DNA of 64,000 nucleotides, from NCBI RefSeq assembly GCF_009914755.1, contig NC_060948.1; one strand, written 5' to 3'. How positions within the stretch are numbered: position 1 is the first letter of the stretch; each line of letters starts with the position of its first letter. This DNA is from the human T2T-CHM13v2.0 reference genome, Homo sapiens. The notes under the pieces were generated by a model. That model had not been told where the DNA came from and did no database searches. It saw only the letters and a program-made list of their open reading frames with translations. Shown here piece after piece: positions 59,119 to 64,000 of this stretch. Made by a program: the position numbers and the translations under genes.

Positions 59119-61216
59119 AGATCCATATTTTTTAAATGAAAAAAAATTTCAAAGGTACTCTGCTTGGTACAATAATCAAATGTATAAACTGAGGAATAAA
59201 ACATAACCATGAAACCTACTTATAACTGCATATGGAAAATACAGAGGATAATTTTTTAAATAACATATTTTGAAAGCCTTAACTAGTAATTTGAAGAGTT
59301 GGCATTTGAAAGGCCAGTATGAATATACCTTCAAAGCAGCAACACAGGTTCCCCATGAGAAAAAGCAAACACAGGGAAAATAAAAACACAAAGGTTCAAT
59401 CTCTTCTGACCTTTGAAAGACACAGCACAGACAGTGGTCCTTAGGACGAAGAGCAGGAGACCCCTAATTCCGTCACCATGGCGATAGGGCATAAACATTG
59501 CTGGGTGAGGGCACAATCCACATTGTGAGGTCCAACTGCTGCCAGGAAGACAGGAGTGCTTTTACATAGACCGAAAGGTCATTGAAGGCTCAGAGTTTTG
59601 TTTCAAGAACTGAATCCCAAGCCCACACGTTATTAGGCTGCGCTTCTTAAAACAAGTTATGAGATGGGAAAAAGGGCACCCACAAACATACGTATACATT
59701 ATGTATATAATAATATACAGTATCATATATATAATATATATAACCTATGTATAATATTGTTTTACATCCTGCATCTTATGTTATATATATTGTATAAAAT
59801 ATAATAATTGATAATATATAAGTTTTATAATTATACAATATGACATAGAGTATATATTATAATTTATGACATATATAATATATGTTATATATCATATATA
59901 GAATATATTATACGGTTAATATACGTATTAAATATAAATTATACATTATATATATTATATATAATATATCTGTTATATATAATACCCATTATGCATAATA
60001 TATATATTATGTCTATGTTATATATAGTATAAAACAACATATAATAATATATAATTGTATATATAAAATGCGACATATAATATATATTATATTTTATAAC
60101 ATATGTAATATATATTATATATAATACGTTGTATGTATAATACCTATATTAAATATATATTATATGACTATGTTATTAATTACATGTCACATGTGTTATA
60201 TATTATATATTTTACATAGAATATACCGGTTACATACAATATATACTATGTTACCTATAATGTATAATTTATTACATGTAAAATAAAGAATGCAATATAT
60301 TATGTATAATTTATAATATACAATATGTGGAATGTGATATATGTAACATATAATATATGATATATGATATACAGTATATGATATATAACATACAATATAT
60401 GATTCCTAATATATATGGTATACAATATATATTTTATGATATGTATTCTATATGTTTTATATTCTGTTATATATAACTATTTGAAATTATATATAACTGT
60501 ATAATATTTTATGTAAATATGAAATATAATATATATAACTATATAATATATTATATATAACTATATATTATGTTATATATACTTTTATAACATAATTTAC
60601 ATAAAATATCATAATATAATATATATTATATTATTTCATATTACATAATATATATTACATATCACCCAATATAACTAACATACATAATAGTATAATATAG
60701 ATTATATTATGTTATATTAAATATCATATATATCATGTATCATATATTCTATAATATATATTACACATTATATAATATGTATGTTGTCTATTATGTGATA
60801 TATATAACTATATATATAATTATATTTTTATACATATAACTAGATAAACATGTAATTCTACATATTTTCATTTATAATATGTAGAATTATATAATCATAT
60901 ATAATTATTTATATTCTATAAAAAATTTTATCATTATATAAATTATAATATATAAAAATTATAATATGTACTACAAATATATATATTATATATCATATAT
61001 GATATAGTACCTTTGTTATATATCATAATACATATAAATGTGTATTATGTTATCTATAATTATATAATTTCATATATAAGATGTATAATATGTATCATAT
61101 ATTATAGATGTTATGTAATATATATAGTATATATAAGATGACACAGGATAAATATTATATACTATGACATATAAAATATATGAGGTTATATGTTACATAT
61201 AAGGCATAGCACATAA

Positions 61217-61531
<315 letters not shown>

Positions 61532-63638
61532 AGATCCATATTTTTTAAATGAAAAAAAATTTCAAAGGTACTCTGCTTGGTACAATAATCAAATGTATAA
61601 ACTGAGGAATAAAACATAACCATGAAACCTACTTATAACTGCATATGGAAAATACAGAGGATAATTTTTTAAATAACATATTTTGAAAGCCTTAACTAGT
61701 AATTTGAAGAGTTGGCATTTGAAAGGCCAGTATGAATATACCTTCAAAGCAGCAACACAGGTTCCCCATGAGAAAAAGCAAACACAGGGAAAATAAAAAC
61801 ACAAAGGTTCAATCTCTTCTGACCTTTGAAAGACACAGCACAGACAGTGGTCCTTAGGACGAAGAGCAGGAGACCCCTAATTCCGTCACCATGGCGATAG
61901 GGCATAAACATTGCTGGGTGAGGGCACAATCCACATTGTGAGGTCCAACTGCTGCCAGGAAGACAGGAGTGCTTTTACATAGACCGAAAGGTCATTGAAG
62001 GCTCAGAGTTTTGTTTCAAGAACTGAATCCCAAGCCCACACGTTATTAGGCTGCGCTTCTTAAAACAAGTTATGAGATGGGAAAAAGGGCACCCACAAAC
62101 ATACGTATACATTATGTATATAATAATATACAGTATCATATATATAATATATATAACCTATGTATAATATTGTTTTGCATCCTGCATCCTATGTTATATA
62201 TATTGTATAAAATATAATAATTGATAATATATAAGCTGTATAATTATACAATATGACATATAGTATATATTATAATTTATGACATATATAATATATGTTA
62301 TATATCATATATAGAATATATTATACGGTTAATATACGTATTAAATATAAATTATACATTATATATATTATATATAATATATCTGTTATATATAATACCC
62401 ATTATGCATAATATATATATTATGTCTATGTTATATATAGTATAAAACAACATATAATAATATATAATTGTATATATAAAATGCGACATATAATATATAT
62501 TATATTTTATAACATATGTAATATATATTATATATTATATATAATACGTTGTATGTATAATACCTATATTAAATATATATTATATGACTATGTTATTAAT
62601 TACATGTCACATGTGTTATATATTATATATTTTACATAGAATATACCGGTTACATACAATATATACTATGTTACCTATAATGTATAATTTATTACATGTA
62701 AAATAAAGAATGCAATATATTATGTATAATTTATAATATACAATATGTGGAATGTGATATATGTAACATATAATATATGATATATGATATACAGTATATG
62801 ATATATAACATACAATATATGATTCCTAATATATATGGTATACAATATATATTTTATGATATGTATTCTATATGTTTTATATTCTGTTATATATAACTAT
62901 TTGAAATTATATATAACTGTATAATATTTTATGTAAATATGTAATATAATATATATAACTATATAATATATTATATATAACTATATATTATGTTATATAT
63001 ACTTTTATAACATAATTTACATAAAATATCATAATATAATATATATTATAATATTTCATATTACATAATATATATTACATATCACCCAATATAACTAACA
63101 TACATAATATTATAATATAGATTATATTATGTTATATTAAATATCATATATATCATGTATCATATATTCTATAATATATATTACACATTATATAATATGT
63201 ATGTTGTCTATTATGTGATATATATAACTATATATATAATTATATTTTTATACATATAACTGGATAAACATGTAATTCTACATATTTTCATTTATAATAT
63301 GTAGAATTATATAATCATATATAATTATTTATATTCTATAAAAAATTTTATCATTATATAAATTATAATATATAAAAATTATAATATGTACTACAAATAT
63401 ATATATATTATATATCATATATGATATAGTACCTTTGTTATATATCATAATACATATAAATGTGTATTATGTTATCTATAATTATATAATTTCATATATA
63501 AGATGTATAATATGTATCATATATTATATATGTTATGTAATATATATAGTATATATAAGATGACACAGGATAAATATTATATACTATGACATATAAAATA
63601 TATGAGGTTATATGTTACATATAAGGCATAGCACATAA

Positions 63639-63953
<315 letters not shown>

Positions 63954-64000
63954 AGATCCATATTTTTTAAATGAAAAAAAATTTCAAAGGTACTCTGCTT

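Overview
The whole 64 kb window is one uninterrupted head-to-tail tandem array of a ~2.42 kb composite unit. It holds about 26.5 copies with periods of 2413-2422 bp, and the copies differ only by scattered substitutions and small indels. Each unit has three parts: a ~290 bp diverged, minus-strand, 5'-clipped Alu; a ~570 bp moderately GC-rich HSATI-type segment; and a ~1.55 kb extremely AT-rich low-complexity segment. This architecture matches the human DYZ2 / HSat1B satellite, whose large arrays lie in Yq12 heterochromatin, so the assignment comes from established knowledge rather than a database search. I find no credible protein-coding or RNA genes. The ORFs in the track are short, the three ORF families start at TTG in the copies I checked, and they recur only because the unit repeats. 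I found no new gene system. The interesting signals are structural. One is a cryptic, degenerate long palindrome (PATRR-like) plus a separate perfect hairpin inside the AT-rich segment of each unit. The other is a readable history of array turnover: a 4839-bp dimeric higher-order repeat, local monomer expansions, a 24180-bp paralogous block, conversion-like patches and variant-domain boundaries.
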